Shown here: one piece after another, positions 16,977-29,580 of the stretch
Layout of the letters: each line of letters opens with the position of its first letter
How positions within the stretch are numbered: position 1 is the stretch's first letter
Source: an uncultured Gemmatimonadales bacterium
GTDB taxonomy: Bacteria; Gemmatimonadota; Gemmatimonadetes; Gemmatimonadales; GWC2-71-9
DNA: 64,000 nt
Assembly (NCBI GenBank): GCA_963831425.1
Contig: CAWHQC010000009.1
Coordinates: forward strand, 4,184-68,183
Reading direction: 5' to 3'
Notes under the pieces: model-generated
Told to the model about the DNA's origin: nothing
The model's database searches: none
What the model saw: the letters and a program-made list of their open reading frames with translations, nothing else
Made by a program: the position numbers and the translations under genes

Positions 16977-18649
16977 CAGAACAGTCCCTCGATGGTGCCG
17001 TCCGGATGGACCCGCATGGCCTCGGCGGCGGGCGTCTTGCTGAGGCCGGGCATGGTCATGATCTCGCCCGCGAGGGCGACGACGAACCCCGCGCCGGCCG
17101 AGGCGTAGACGTCGCGGATGGTGATCCGGAAACCCTTCGGCCGGCCGAGCTTGGTGGGATCGTCGCTGAAGCTGTACTGCGTCTTGGCCATGCAGACCGG
17201 GGTCTGGCCGAGTCCCATGGCCTCGCACTGCGCGATGTTCTTCTCCGCGGCGGCAGTGTAGTCGACACCATCGGCGCCGTAGATCTCCCGGGCGATCGTC
17301 TCGATCTTGGCCTTGATCGGCAGCTTGACGTCGTAGAGGGGCTTGAAGTCGGCTTTGCCCTCGTCGAGCGCGGCGAGCACCTCGCGCGCGACGGCTTCGC
17401 CGCCTTCCCCGCCCTTGGCCCAGACATCGCTCAGGGCTGCCCGGGAGCCCCAGCTCCGGGCCGCCCGGAGCACGGTATCGATCTCCTCCGGCGAATCCGA
17501 CGTGAAGCGGTTGAGCGCGATCACGGTCGGCACCCCGAATTTCTGCACGTTCTTCACGTGGCCCTCGAGGTTCACCATGCCGCGCTCGAGCGCCGCCACG
17601 TCGGGCGTGCCGAGCGCATCCTTCTTCACGCCGCCGTGCATCTTGAGCGCCCGGATGGTGGCGACCACCACGGCGACCTCGGGCTTGAGCCCGCCGAAGC
17701 GGCACGCGATATCGAAGAACTTCTCCGCGCCGAGATCGGCACCGAAGCCGGCCTCGGTGAGGACGATGTCGCCGAGCGCGAGGGCGAGCCTGGTGGCGAC
17801 CAGCGAGTTGCAGCCATGCGCGATGTTGCCGAACGGGCCGGCGTGCACCAGCGCGGGGCCGCCCTCGAGCGTCTGGACCAGGTTCGGCAGGATGGCGTCC
17901 TTGAGCAGCAGCGACATGGCGCCGGCGGCCTTGAGGTCGCCCGCGGTGACGGGCTTCCGGTCGCGGGTGAGTCCCACGATGATGCGGCTGATGCGGGCCT
18001 CGAGATCCGCCAGGTCACTGGCGAGTGCCAGGATGGCCATGATCTCGCTGCCGGCAACGATGACGAACCGGTCTTCCCGCACGGGGCCGGCGTTGATCCC
18101 GCCGAGGCTCACGACGATCGAGCGGAGCGCGCGGTCGTTCATGTCCATCGTGCGCGGCCAGACGATGCGCCGCGGATCGATGCCGAGCGCATTGCCCTGG
18201 TGCAGATGGTTGTCCAGCATGGCGGAGAGAAGGTTGTGGGCCGTGCTGACCGCGTGAAAATCCCCGGTGAAATGCAGGTTGATCTCATCCATCGGTGCGA
18301 GCTGCGCGTAGCCGCCGCCGGCGGCGCCGCCCTTGACGCCGAACACGGGCCCGAGCGAGGGCTCCCGGATGGCCACCACCACCTTTTTGCCGAGCCGCCG
18401 GAACGCATCCGCGAGACCCACGGTCACGGTGCTCTTCCCCTCGCCGGCGGGCGTCGGATTGGTGCCCGTCACCAGGATCAGCCGCCCCTTGGGCCGGCCG
18501 CGGGCCACGACCTCGGCGCTGATCTTGGCCTTGTAGTGGCCGTAGGGAAGGATGTCCTCGGGACCGAGCCCCAGCTCGGCGGCCACGTCCTGAATGGGCC
18601 GGAGCGTGGCCGCCTGGGCGATCTCGATGTCGGTCGGAACCTTGGTCAC
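16976..18649 (-). CDS. fhs: Formate--tetrahydrofolate ligase
   Basis: Contains [25 protein letters not shown] and other Fhs hallmarks. I prefer the GTG at 18649 (GTGA overlap with the tatD stop, giving about 557 aa). The ORF-track ATG is at 18700. Confidence 0.92.
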   Translation of the reverse strand: MTKVPTDIEIAQAATLRPIQDVAAELGLGPEDILPYGHYKAKISAEVVARGRPKGRLILVTGTNPTPAGEGKSTVTVGLADAFRRLGKKVVVAIREPSLGPVFGVKGGAAGGGYAQLAPMDEINLHFTGDFHAVSTAHNLLSAMLDNHLHQGNALGIDPRRIVWPRTMDMNDRALRSIVVSLGGINAGPVREDRFVIVAGSEIMAILALASDLADLEARISRIIVGLTRDRKPVTAGDLKAAGAMSLLLKDAILPNLVQTLEGGPALVHAGPFGNIAHGCNSLVATRLALALGDIVLTEAGFGADLGAEKFFDIACRFGGLKPEVAVVVATIRALKMHGGVKKDALGTPDVAALERGMVNLEGHVKNVQKFGVPTVIALNRFTSDSPEEIDTVLRAARSWGSRAALSDVWAKGGEGGEAVAREVLAALDEGKADFKPLYDVKLPIKAKIETIAREIYGADGVDYTAAAEKNIAQCEAMGLGQTPVCMAKTQYSFSDDPTKLGRPKGFRITIRDVYASAGAGFVVALAGEIMTMPGLSKTPAAEAMRVHPDGTIEGLF

Positions 18650-19431
18650 GGGCGGGTGCTCCCGGCTGGGGGTTGGAAAGTCGAAAGACGCGGGCCGCAT
18701 TCGAGCCGGTGGCGGCGATCAGCTCTTCCACGGGCATGCCGCGCACGGCGGCGATCCGGTCGGCGACGTGGCGGACCAGCGCCGGCTCGTTCCGCCTGCC
18801 CCGGTGCGGGACGGGCGACAGATACGGGCGCGTCCGTCTCCAGCAGCAGCCGGTCGAGCGGCACGTCCCGGATGGCCTGATCGAGGTGCCAGTTGCGGAA
18901 GGTCACCATTCCGCTGAACGACACATAGTGGCGGAGGTCCAGCCCTGCCCGCAAGAGGGCGGGCCCGCTGCTGAAGGAGTGGAGGATGGCGACGACGTCC
19001 GGATGGGCGCGGAGCAGCTCGGCGGCGGCGTTGTCGGCCTCGCGCGCGTGGATCACGGCCGGCTTGCCCGCCTCCCCGGCCAGCGCGAGCTGGGCATCGA
19101 AGGCGGCCCGCTGCGCGTCGCGGGGCGAGTGGTCGTAGTGGTAGTCGAGTCCCATCTCACCGGCCGCCACCACCTCGGGCCGGCGGAGCGTGGCGCGGAG
19201 CCAGTCGCGCGCCTCGTCCGACCAGCCGCTCGCGTCATGCGGATGGATGCCGGCCGTCACGCTCAGCCTCGGCTCCGCCACGGCGAGGGCCAGCGCGCGC
19301 TCGGCCGCGGCGCGCGACTCGCCGATGACGACGATCCGGCCCACGCCGGCTGCCCAGGCCCGCGCGAGCACCTCCGCCCGGTCGAGCTCGAACTCGGCGG
19401 CCGCGAGGTGGCAGTGGGTGTCGGTCAGCAT
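18646..19431 (-). pseudogene. tatD: TatD-family hydrolase; reading frame locally disrupted by a compensated indel pair
   Basis: MLTDTHCHL...GEMGLDYHY...LLLETDAP is in frame. The conserved [49 protein letters not shown] then reads in the +1 frame after an extra base near 18825. The frame must return before the TGA at 18646-18648. Confidence 0.8.
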
Positions 19432-19504
19432 GGCGGACGGGTCTGGCCGAAGTCGTGAGCTCGTGGGTGCGGTTCAGCATGTGACAATACGCACGACCCG
19501 CGAC

Positions 19505-20503
19505 TCACGACCGCTTATCCACCGGCGCCGTCTTCCGCTCGCCGCCGGCCGGTGCCGGGGCGGCCGGCTTGGGCGCCAGGTGCCCGCGGGCCAGCTCGCC
19601 CGGCCAGCGCTTTTCGATCTCCATGAGCACCGGGGAGGCGATGTAGATCGAGGAGAAGGTGCCGGTGAAGACGCCGAAGAACATGACCCAGGCGAACGGC
19701 CGGATGACCTCGCCCCCGAAGAGGATGAGCGCGATGAGCGAGGAGAGCGTCGTCCCGTGGGTGAGCACGCTCCGCGGCAGGGTCTCGTTGACCGAGCGGT
19801 TGAGGATCTGCGCGAAGCTCTCCTTCTTGTGCTTCCGCAGGTTCTCCCGCACGCGATCGAAGATGATGATCGTGTCGTTGAGCGAGTAGCCCACCATCGA
19901 GAGCACGGCCGCCACCACCGTCAGGCTCACCTCGAGCCGGAGCATCCCGATGAAGGCGATGGTGGCCACGATATCGTGGGCAGTGGCGATGACGGCGGCC
20001 AGGCCGAAGCGCCACTCGAAACGGTAGGCGAGGTACGCGAGCACCGCGAAAAACGAGAGAAAGATGGCCAGAAAGGCCTTGGTCCTGAGCTCACCGCCCA
20101 CCTTGGGGCCCACCGCCTCGGTCCGGAGGATGGTGAAGTTCCCGGCACCGAGCTCGGCCGTGAGGGCCTGCTGCACCGCGTCGGCCGTGGCCTGGGTGTC
20201 GTTGGCATCGGTTCCGGCCTTGGCCACGCGGGCGCGCACCACGAACTCGTTCGGCGCCCCGAACCCCTGGATCTCCGCCCCGTGCAGTCCGTGCCGGTCG
20301 AGCCCCGCGCGTAGCGCGGCGACGTCGGCCGGAGTCTTGCTCTGGACCTGCACCAGCGTCCCGCCGGTGAATTCGATGCTGTAGTTGAGGCCGTGGACCA
20401 CGAGCCAGATCAGGCCCGGGATGATGAAGAGGGCCGTGATGGCGTAGGCCCACCGGCGGAACGAGATAAAGTCGTACTGGGCGTTCGCGAAGAGTCTCAG
20501 CAT
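19505..20503 (-). CDS. secF: Protein translocase subunit SecF
   Basis: 332-aa intact ORF with typical SecF TM topology and conserved blocks (FTGGTLVQV, LSMVGYSLNDTIIIFDRVRE). Confidence 0.92.
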   Translation of the reverse strand: MLRLFANAQYDFISFRRWAYAITALFIIPGLIWLVVHGLNYSIEFTGGTLVQVQSKTPADVAALRAGLDRHGLHGAEIQGFGAPNEFVVRARVAKAGTDANDTQATADAVQQALTAELGAGNFTILRTEAVGPKVGGELRTKAFLAIFLSFFAVLAYLAYRFEWRFGLAAVIATAHDIVATIAFIGMLRLEVSLTVVAAVLSMVGYSLNDTIIIFDRVRENLRKHKKESFAQILNRSVNETLPRSVLTHGTTLSSLIALILFGGEVIRPFAWVMFFGVFTGTFSSIYIASPVLMEIEKRWPGELARGHLAPKPAAPAPAGGERKTAPVDKRS

Positions 20504-20504
20504 G

Positions 20505-22225
20505 TCAGATACTCAGCGTGGACATGGCCGGCCGGCGCTGCAGCCAGATCATGAAGAAGGTGCGGGTGACGAAGATCGCCGTGACCATGGAAGCGATGAT
20601 GCCCATGATCAGGGTAACCGCGAACCCCTTCACCGGGCCGGTACCGAACTGGAAGAGGAACAACGCCGTCAGCACGGTACTGACGTTCGAGTCGACGATG
20701 GCGTTCATGGCGTGCTTGAACCCCTCGTCCACCGCGAGCCGCACGGTCTTGCCGTGGATGCAGCTCTTCCCTGATGCGCTCGAAGATCAGCACGTTGGCG
20801 TCCACCGCGATGCCGACCGAGAGCACGATCCGGCCAGGCCGGGCAGCGTGAGGGTCGCATTGATCATGGACAGGCCGCCCAGCGTGAAGAGCAGATAGAG
20901 CGCCAGGGCCGCCACCGCGAGCGCGCCGCTCATGCGGTAATAGACGAGCATGATGAGCACCACCATGGCGGTGCCCACGATGCCGGCCGTGATCCCGTCG
21001 CGGATCGAGTCGCTCCCGAGGCTGGCGCCCACCTGCCGCTCCTCGACGATTTTGAGCGGGATCGGGAGCGCGCCGGCCTTGAGCGTGAGCGCCAGGTCCT
21101 GGGCCTCCTGCAGACTCTTGTTGCCGAGGGTGATCTGGCCGTTCCGCCCGATGCGACTCTGGATCACGGGTGGCCGCCCCTGCACCCGGCCGTCGAGCAG
21201 GATCGCCATGAAGTCACCGACGTGGCGGCCGGTCTCTTCACCGAACTTGCGCCCGCCGGCGCGATCGAGCTGGAAGGTGACGATCGATCCGTTGGTGAGC
21301 GGGTCGAGCTGCGCGTTGGCGTCCTCGAGATTGCTGCCGGTCACGATCGGCCGGTCGTCCAGGACGTAGAGATAGCGGAACGATTGCACGCCGATGCTGG
21401 TCGGCGCCGCGGCCCAGCGGAGGACGAGGCCGCGGGGAAGCTGGCGAGCCACCTGCGGGATGTTGAGCAGGCTGTCCACCCGCGGGAACGCGGTCTCCGG
21501 CACCGCATATTCGCCCGGAATCCCGCCGCCCTCCGCGCTGCCGGCCGCCTGGATCAGCCCGGAGAGCACGCCACCGGGCACCGGGGTCGTATCCGCGGCG
21601 GCGCTGTCGGCGGCGGGCTTGGCGGATTTGCCGGCGGGCGCGGCGCCCGGCTTGGGCGCGGCTCGCTTGGGCGCGTTCGCCTTGGCGGAATCGCCGCCCA
21701 GGAGCTGCTCGACGGCCGACGGCTTCCCGGCGCCGGTCCCGTGTCGCCCTTCACGCCGAGGCCACGGAGGGTGCGGTCCATGGCGGGCAGCGCCTTCTCG
21801 AGCGCGCCGGTCTTGTCGGTGATGCGGAACTCGAGGAACGCGCTCCGCTGCACGATCGACTTGGCCCGGGCGGGATCGGTGATGCCGGCGAGCTCGACCA
21901 CGATCCGGTTGTCGCCCGCCTTCTGGACCACCGGCTCCTCGACGCCGAACTCGTCGATGCGCTTCCGCAGGACGGTGAGCGCCAGGTCGAGGTCCTTCTT
22001 GGGATCGGCGGACACCTGCTTCGACTGGTCGAGCTCGAGCGCGAGATGCATCCCGCCCTGCAGGTCGAGTCCCCGCTTGAGCGGCACCCGGGTCACGGTG
22101 TCGTCGTGCATGATCCCGTCGGCGCCGCGCACGCGAAGGGTGACGGTGCGGGGAAACAGGAAGTAGATCGAGCCGCCGATCAGCAGCCCGATCACGAGCA
22201 GGCGGTTGCGAATGGAGGAAGACAT
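20505..22225 (-). pseudogene. secD: Protein translocase subunit SecD, split over three frames (at least 3 frameshifts)
   Basis: The N-terminus is in ORF 21554-22225, the middle in 20787-21581, GIVLSVGIAVDANVLIFERIREEL in 20497-20826, and the C-terminus in 20505-20744. Junctions are near 21725-21745, 20829-20833 and 20757-20764. Confidence 0.85.
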
Positions 22226-22240
22226 CGTCAGGTCACGGTC

Positions 22241-23188
22241 TCAGGCATGAGGTCCCCGGCTGGACGCCGGACCGGACGCGGCGAGCACCTCGCGCGCCCG
22301 GGTACGATCACGATCCAACTGCTGCCGCAACGCCTCCGCCGAGGCGAAGCGGGTCACGTCGCGCAGGCGCTCCACCCACTCGATCCGCACCCATTCGCCG
22401 TACAGATCGCCTTCGAAATCGAACAGGTGGGCCTCGAGCAGCCGCTGCCCATCCTGGAACGTCGGCCGGGGGCCCTGGTTCATCATCCCGCCCGCGCGGC
22501 CGCCGCGCCACTCGACCCGCACGGCATACACGCCGTCGGGCGGGAGCAGCTTCTGCGGCGGCACATCGGCCAGGTTGATCGTCGGCACGCCCAGTTGCCG
22601 CCCGCGCCGCTCACCCGTTCCCACCCGGCCGCTCACCTGATAGGGCCGCCCCAGCATGCGGGCCGCGGTGGCCAGGTCGCCCCCGGCGATGGCGCGGCGA
22701 ATCCGCGAGCTGGAGACGTGCTGCTCGCCCACATCCACGGCGGTGACCACGTCCACCGCGAAGCCATCTTCGGCGCCCAGGCGCCGGAGGGTGTCGACGT
22801 CGCCGCTCCGCCCGCGGCCGAAGCCGTGATCGTGCCCGATCACCAGCTCCCGCATGGCGCAGCGCTCGAGCAGCACGCCCCGCACGAACTCTTCGGGCGT
22901 GAGCGAGGCGAGCTGCCGGTCGAACCGCAGGAACAGCACGTAGTCGAGCGGGAGCTGCGCCAGGATTTCCCGCCGCTCGGCCGCCGTCGTGAGCAGCGGC
23001 GGCGCGGCCTGCGGATTCACCACCTCGAGCGGATGGGGCTCGAAGGTGACCAGGACGCTGGCCCTGCCCGCCGCCTCCGCCCGCCGCGCGATCTCACGGA
23101 CCACGGCTTCGTGTCCCCGGTGCACGCCGTCGAACGACCCCACGGTGACGGTACTGCCGCGGGGGAGCGGCGGAAGACGCCCGCTCAC
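22241..23188 (-). CDS. ribF: Bifunctional riboflavin kinase / FMN adenylyltransferase
   Basis: 315-aa intact ORF with GSFDGVHRGH and a C-terminal riboflavin kinase domain (LGVPTINL...GDLYG). Confidence 0.92.
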   Translation of the reverse strand: MSGRLPPLPRGSTVTVGSFDGVHRGHEAVVREIARRAEAAGRASVLVTFEPHPLEVVNPQAAPPLLTTAAERREILAQLPLDYVLFLRFDRQLASLTPEEFVRGVLLERCAMRELVIGHDHGFGRGRSGDVDTLRRLGAEDGFAVDVVTAVDVGEQHVSSSRIRRAIAGGDLATAARMLGRPYQVSGRVGTGERRGRQLGVPTINLADVPPQKLLPPDGVYAVRVEWRGGRAGGMMNQGPRPTFQDGQRLLEAHLFDFEGDLYGEWVRIEWVERLRDVTRFASAEALRQQLDRDRTRAREVLAASGPASSRGPHA

Positions 23189-24024
23189 GGCGTCCCCAAC
23201 ACCACGGACGGGCGGAGCCAGCCATCGTCCGCCCGCGCGACCGCCACGAGCTGGCCCGCGTGGAGCAGGACCACGTCCCCGCTGGCGCCCGGCTCGGCCG
23301 GCAGCGCGCGGCCGTGGCTCACCGCCAGCCGGCCGGGCTCGTCGAGCTCGCGCGTGGGGAGGTGCCCGAGTGCCGCTCCCGGCGGCCGGAGGGCGGACGC
23401 GTCAACCCGCTCCAGCGGGACGGCATCCTCGATCCGGAGCACGCCGACGGCCTCCCGCCGGAGTGCCGTCAGGTGTGCGCCGACGCCCAGCCGCGCGCCC
23501 AAGTCACGGGCGAGCGCCCGGACGTAGGTCCCGGCGCTTACGGTGACGCGGAAGGCCAGCTCGGGCGGCGCGTAGCTGACGAGCTCGATCCGGTGGACCG
23601 TCACGGGCGTCTCGGGCAACTCCGCCGCGATTCCCCGGCGCGCCAGCCGGTAGCTGCGCTCGCCATCCACGTGCCGGGCCGAGTAGCGGGGCGGCCGCTG
23701 CTGCTGCTCGCCTCGGAGCGCGTCCAGCGCCGCCACGACCCGGTCCTCGGCGATTCCCGCGACGTCCACCGGCGGACCGAGCGGCGCCCCGGTGCGATCA
23801 TCGGTGTCGGTCGCGAGGCCCAGCCGCGCGGTGGCCAGGTAGGTCTTGGGCTGGGCCTCGACGAACCGCGCGAGCCGGGTGGCCCGCCCCACCAGCACGA
23901 CCAGCAGTCCGGTGGCGAACGGATCGAGCGTGCCGGTGTGGCCCACGGCCCGCGTTCCCAGTGCCCGCCGGACCCGCTGCACCACGTCGTGCGACGTGGG
24001 CCCCGCCGGCTTGTCGACGAGCAC
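23185..24024 (-). CDS. truB: tRNA pseudouridine(55) synthase
   Basis: VDKPAGPTSHDVV and GHTGTLDPFATGLLVV motifs. GTG start. 4-nt overlap with the ribF start. Confidence 0.92.
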   Translation of the reverse strand: MLVDKPAGPTSHDVVQRVRRALGTRAVGHTGTLDPFATGLLVVLVGRATRLARFVEAQPKTYLATARLGLATDTDDRTGAPLGPPVDVAGIAEDRVVAALDALRGEQQQRPPRYSARHVDGERSYRLARRGIAAELPETPVTVHRIELVSYAPPELAFRVTVSAGTYVRALARDLGARLGVGAHLTALRREAVGVLRIEDAVPLERVDASALRPPGAALGHLPTRELDEPGRLAVSHGRALPAEPGASGDVVLLHAGQLVAVARADDGWLRPSVVLGTP

Positions 24025-24032
24025 GGCCCCGA

Positions 24033-24398
24033 TCAGTCGTGCTCCTCGCGCCGGATCTCGCCGAGCAGCTCGTTGATCCGCGCGGCGTGCTCGAGCCCCT
24101 TGTCGAGCTCGAAGTGCAGCTCCGGCACGATGCGGGTGGTGAGCGCCCGGGCGGCGCGCGAGCGGAGGAACCCGGCCGCGCTCTGCAGCCCCTCGAGGGC
24201 ACGGCTCTTCTCGGCATCGTCCCCGCGCACGCTCACCATGACCCGCGCATGCGACAGGTCGGGCGTGACCAGGACGCCGGTCACGGTCACGAAGCCGACG
24301 CGCGGGTCCCGGACCTCACGCGCCAGTCCGTCGGTGATGACCTGCCGCAGCGTCTCCGCCACCTGCTCGGGCCGCCGCGAGGACGATTTCATCGCCAT
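24033..24398 (-). CDS. rbfA: Ribosome-binding factor A
   Basis: 121-aa ORF with RPEQVAETLRQVI...DPRVGFVTVTGV.VTPDLS.A.V. The position between infB and truB is canonical. Confidence 0.9.
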   Translation of the reverse strand: MAMKSSSRRPEQVAETLRQVITDGLAREVRDPRVGFVTVTGVLVTPDLSHARVMVSVRGDDAEKSRALEGLQSAAGFLRSRAARALTTRIVPELHFELDKGLEHAARINELLGEIRREEHD

Positions 24399-24666
24399 AC
24401 CGTCACGGTATCCACGATCCGCACGCCGTCCGTTTCCTCAACGACCCGATCGGCGGCCCGGAGCGTCTCCTCCACCGGCGGGCGGGCGGAGCCCACCACC
24501 GCACAGGCGATCTCCGCGCGCTGCCAGCGGTCCTGGTGTCCCGTCTCCGCCACCGAGACGTTGAACCGGTGCCGGAGCGCGGCCGAGAGGGGCTTGAGCG
24601 TCCCGCGCTTTTCCTTCAACGAATGACACCCCGGGAGATGGAGCTCCCACACCTGGATCCCGACGA

Positions 24667-24670
<4 letters not shown>
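24389..24670 (-). CDS. DUF503 (YlxP-like) protein
   Basis: 93-aa ORF with L.LPGCHSLKEKR, typical of DUF503, in the usual position downstream of infB. Confidence 0.8.
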
Positions 24671-27366
<2,696 letters not shown>

Positions 27367-27377
27367 TCAATCCTCCG

Positions 27378-27695
27378 TCAGGAGCGTACGGGCGCCAATG
27401 GCACCATGCCATCGGCCAACGCGCGGTCGCGTACGCCTACCGCCATCACGGGCGGTCGTCCCAATTGCGCGCCGATCGCGACGGCGCGCGGGCCCGGGAT
27501 GATCGGCACGCCCTTGGCCGATGCCAGCCGGACCACCTTGTCCACGGCGCGCGGGCTGGCGTCCTCCGCCACCACCACGCACCAGCACTTCCCTGCCTGC
27601 AGCTCCTTCCGGACGGCGTCCACGCCGACGACGACGCGGCGCCCCCGGTAGCCCAGTCCGAGGAGCCCGAGGAGGCCGCTATTTCTCGACGGCAT
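27378..27695 (-). CDS. L7Ae-family RNA-binding protein (YlxQ-like)
   Basis: 105-aa ORF between nusA and infB with G.D.V...L..GK...VVVAEDASP....K...LA...GVP. Confidence 0.7.
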   Translation of the reverse strand: MPSRNSGLLGLLGLGYRGRRVVVGVDAVRKELQAGKCWCVVVAEDASPRAVDKVVRLASAKGVPIIPGPRAVAIGAQLGRPPVMAVGVRDRALADGMVPLAPVRS

Positions 27696-28986
27696 CCTCG
27701 TCGGTCAGCTCCGCCAGGAAGGCGAGCAACTGCTCCTCGGTCTCCGGCGTGATCCCCGGGATCTTGGCGATGTCCTCGCGCTCGAAGTCGAGGATATCGT
27801 TGAGCATCCGGTGGCCCGCGCCCTCCAGAATGGCGCTGAGCTCGGGGGAGAGTCCCTTGATCTCGCTGAGCGGAATCTGGGCGACCGTCTCCTCCTCGGG
27901 CGGGAGCGGGGCGAACAGCGGACCCTCGCCGCCGCGCTCGAGCCACTCGCGGCTGGAATAGAGGTCGATCTTCCAGCCGGTGAGCTCGGAGGCGAGCCGG
28001 ACGTTCTGGCCGTTCCGCCCGATGGCGAGCGAGAGCTGGTCCTCGTCCACCACGGCCTGGATGGTCTTGGCCTCGGGATCGCTGAACACCTTGGCCACCC
28101 GGGCCGGCGCGAGCGCCAGCCGGGCGAACCGCTCCGGATCGGGGGACCAGGGCACGATGTCGATGCGCTCGCCGCCGAGCTCGTTCACGACGGCCTGCAC
28201 CCGCGAGCCCTTGAGGCCCACGCAGGCGCCCACCGGATCGATGGCGTCGTCGCGGGAGATGACGGCCACCTTGGTCCGGCTGCCCACCTCGCGCGCGATG
28301 GCGCGGATCTCGACGATCTGCTGCTGGATCTCCGGCACCTCGAGCTTGAACAGCGCCTTGACGAAGAGCGGATCGCCCCGGGACAGGATGAGCCGCGGCC
28401 CCTTCGGGGTCTCCTCCAGCCGCTTGAGCACGGCGCGGATGGTGTCGCCCTGGTGAAAGTGCTCGCGGTGGTTCTGCTCGCGGTAGGGGATGATCGCCTC
28501 CGCCTCGCGGAACTTGTTCAGCATGATCACCAGCTTGCCGCGCTCGATCTGCTGGACCTCGCCGGAGAGGAGCTCGCCCACCTTGGAGGCGAACTCCTCG
28601 CGGATCCGCATCCGCTCACCCTCGCGGACGCGCTGGATGATGCGCTGCTTGGCGGCCTGCACGGCGAGGCGGCCGAACTCGACGAACGGCACCTCCTCCT
28701 CCAGCATGTCGCCGAGCTGGAAGTCCGGATCCTCGAACCGCGCCTCCTCGAGCGGGATCTGCCAGCTCGGGTCCTCGACCGTCTCCACCACCTGGCGGAG
28801 GCGCACCACCTTGATGGTGCCCTGCAGCTCGTCCACGCTCAGCTCGAACTTGACGTTCGGGCCGAACTTGCGGACCAGCGCCGCCTGAATGCCGTCCCGC
28901 AGCAGATCCAGCAGATCGGAGCGCTCCAACTGCTTCGCGGTGGTCAGCTCGCGGAACGCGGCCAACATTTCGGTCGATCCTGCCAT
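27679..28986 (-). CDS. nusA: Transcription termination/antitermination factor NusA
   Basis: Trimmed to the ATG at 28984-28986 (MAGSTEMLAAFREL...). Contains S1 and tandem KH regions (VGACVGLKGSRVQAVVNELGGERIDIV, AIGRNGQNVRLASELTGWKIDL). The upstream part of the 633-aa ORF is out-of-frame rimP. Confidence 0.93.
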   Translation of the reverse strand: MAGSTEMLAAFRELTTAKQLERSDLLDLLRDGIQAALVRKFGPNVKFELSVDELQGTIKVVRLRQVVETVEDPSWQIPLEEARFEDPDFQLGDMLEEEVPFVEFGRLAVQAAKQRIIQRVREGERMRIREEFASKVGELLSGEVQQIERGKLVIMLNKFREAEAIIPYREQNHREHFHQGDTIRAVLKRLEETPKGPRLILSRGDPLFVKALFKLEVPEIQQQIVEIRAIAREVGSRTKVAVISRDDAIDPVGACVGLKGSRVQAVVNELGGERIDIVPWSPDPERFARLALAPARVAKVFSDPEAKTIQAVVDEDQLSLAIGRNGQNVRLASELTGWKIDLYSSREWLERGGEGPLFAPLPPEEETVAQIPLSEIKGLSPELSAILEGAGHRMLNDILDFEREDIAKIPGITPETEEQLLAFLAELTDEDAVEK

Positions 28987-28991
28987 GCGTG

Positions 28992-29474
28992 TCACTCCTG
29001 TTGAGCGGGTCCTTCCCACATCAGCGTCGCCTCGCGCACATCGGCGAGCGGGACGGTAACCTCCGCGCCGTCCTGGCCCCGCACGGTCACGTGCTCGTCG
29101 TCGGGGACCGCGACGATCTCCACCTGGCGGCGCCCGCCGAGCGCGCTGGCCCGGACCCGGGCGCGCCGGCCGACGAAGCGGCGCCAGTGCTCCGGCCAGC
29201 GGAGCGGCCGCTCGATCCCCGGTGAGGAGACCTCCAGCACGTACCGCGGCCCGACCATCGCCCTGGATTCCAGAAAGTGCTCGAGAGACCGGCTGATGGC
29301 CGCACAGTCGCCGGCCGTGACGCCCTGGCCGGGCCGGCTGTCCGGGCGGTCCACCCGCACCTGCAGAATGGGGCGCTCCAGCGTTCCGACCCGGCGCAGG
29401 TCGGCGAGCTCGAACCCGAGGCCGGCGAGATGGTCGCGAATCGGAGCGATGAGCGCGTCGGCAGACATCGGCAT
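28992..29474 (-). CDS. rimP: Ribosome maturation factor RimP
   Basis: MPMSADALIAPIRDHLAGLGFELADL...LEVSSPGIERPL. Start taken at the ATG at 29472-29474. Confidence 0.88.
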   Translation of the reverse strand: MPMSADALIAPIRDHLAGLGFELADLRRVGTLERPILQVRVDRPDSRPGQGVTAGDCAAISRSLEHFLESRAMVGPRYVLEVSSPGIERPLRWPEHWRRFVGRRARVRASALGGRRQVEIVAVPDDEHVTVRGQDGAEVTVPLADVREATLMWEGPAQQE

Positions 29475-29480
29475 TGCAGG

Positions 29481-29509
29481 AAAAAAAATGTGGGGGAACT
29501 CCCCCACAT
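29481..29509 (-). terminator. Intrinsic-terminator-like hairpin plus U8 in the rimP-nusA-infB leader (candidate attenuator)
   Basis: The minus strand reads ATGTGGGG-GAGTTC-CCCCACAT followed by TTTTTTT. It ends 6 nt before the rimP ATG and lies downstream of the predicted promoter. Confidence 0.6.
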
Positions 29510-29551
29510 CGACAGTACACCCCCAACAGGCGCCCCCGGGACAGCACCGAA

Positions 29552-29580
29552 ATATTATCCCCGCGGGGTGGCGGAGTCAA
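29552..29580 (-). promoter_or_regulatory. Sigma-70-type promoter of the rimP-nusA-infB operon
   Basis: Minus strand TTGACT (29580-29575) - 17 nt - TAATAT (29557-29552). The -35 box overlaps the pgeF stop codon. Confidence 0.6.

Noticed and set aside
16976-18649. fhs or a neighbouring gene as the selenoprotein served by the adjacent selC.
   Set aside because: There is no in-frame TGA in fhs, ridA or the flanking hypothetical gene, and Fhs is not a known selenoprotein. The selC location appears incidental.
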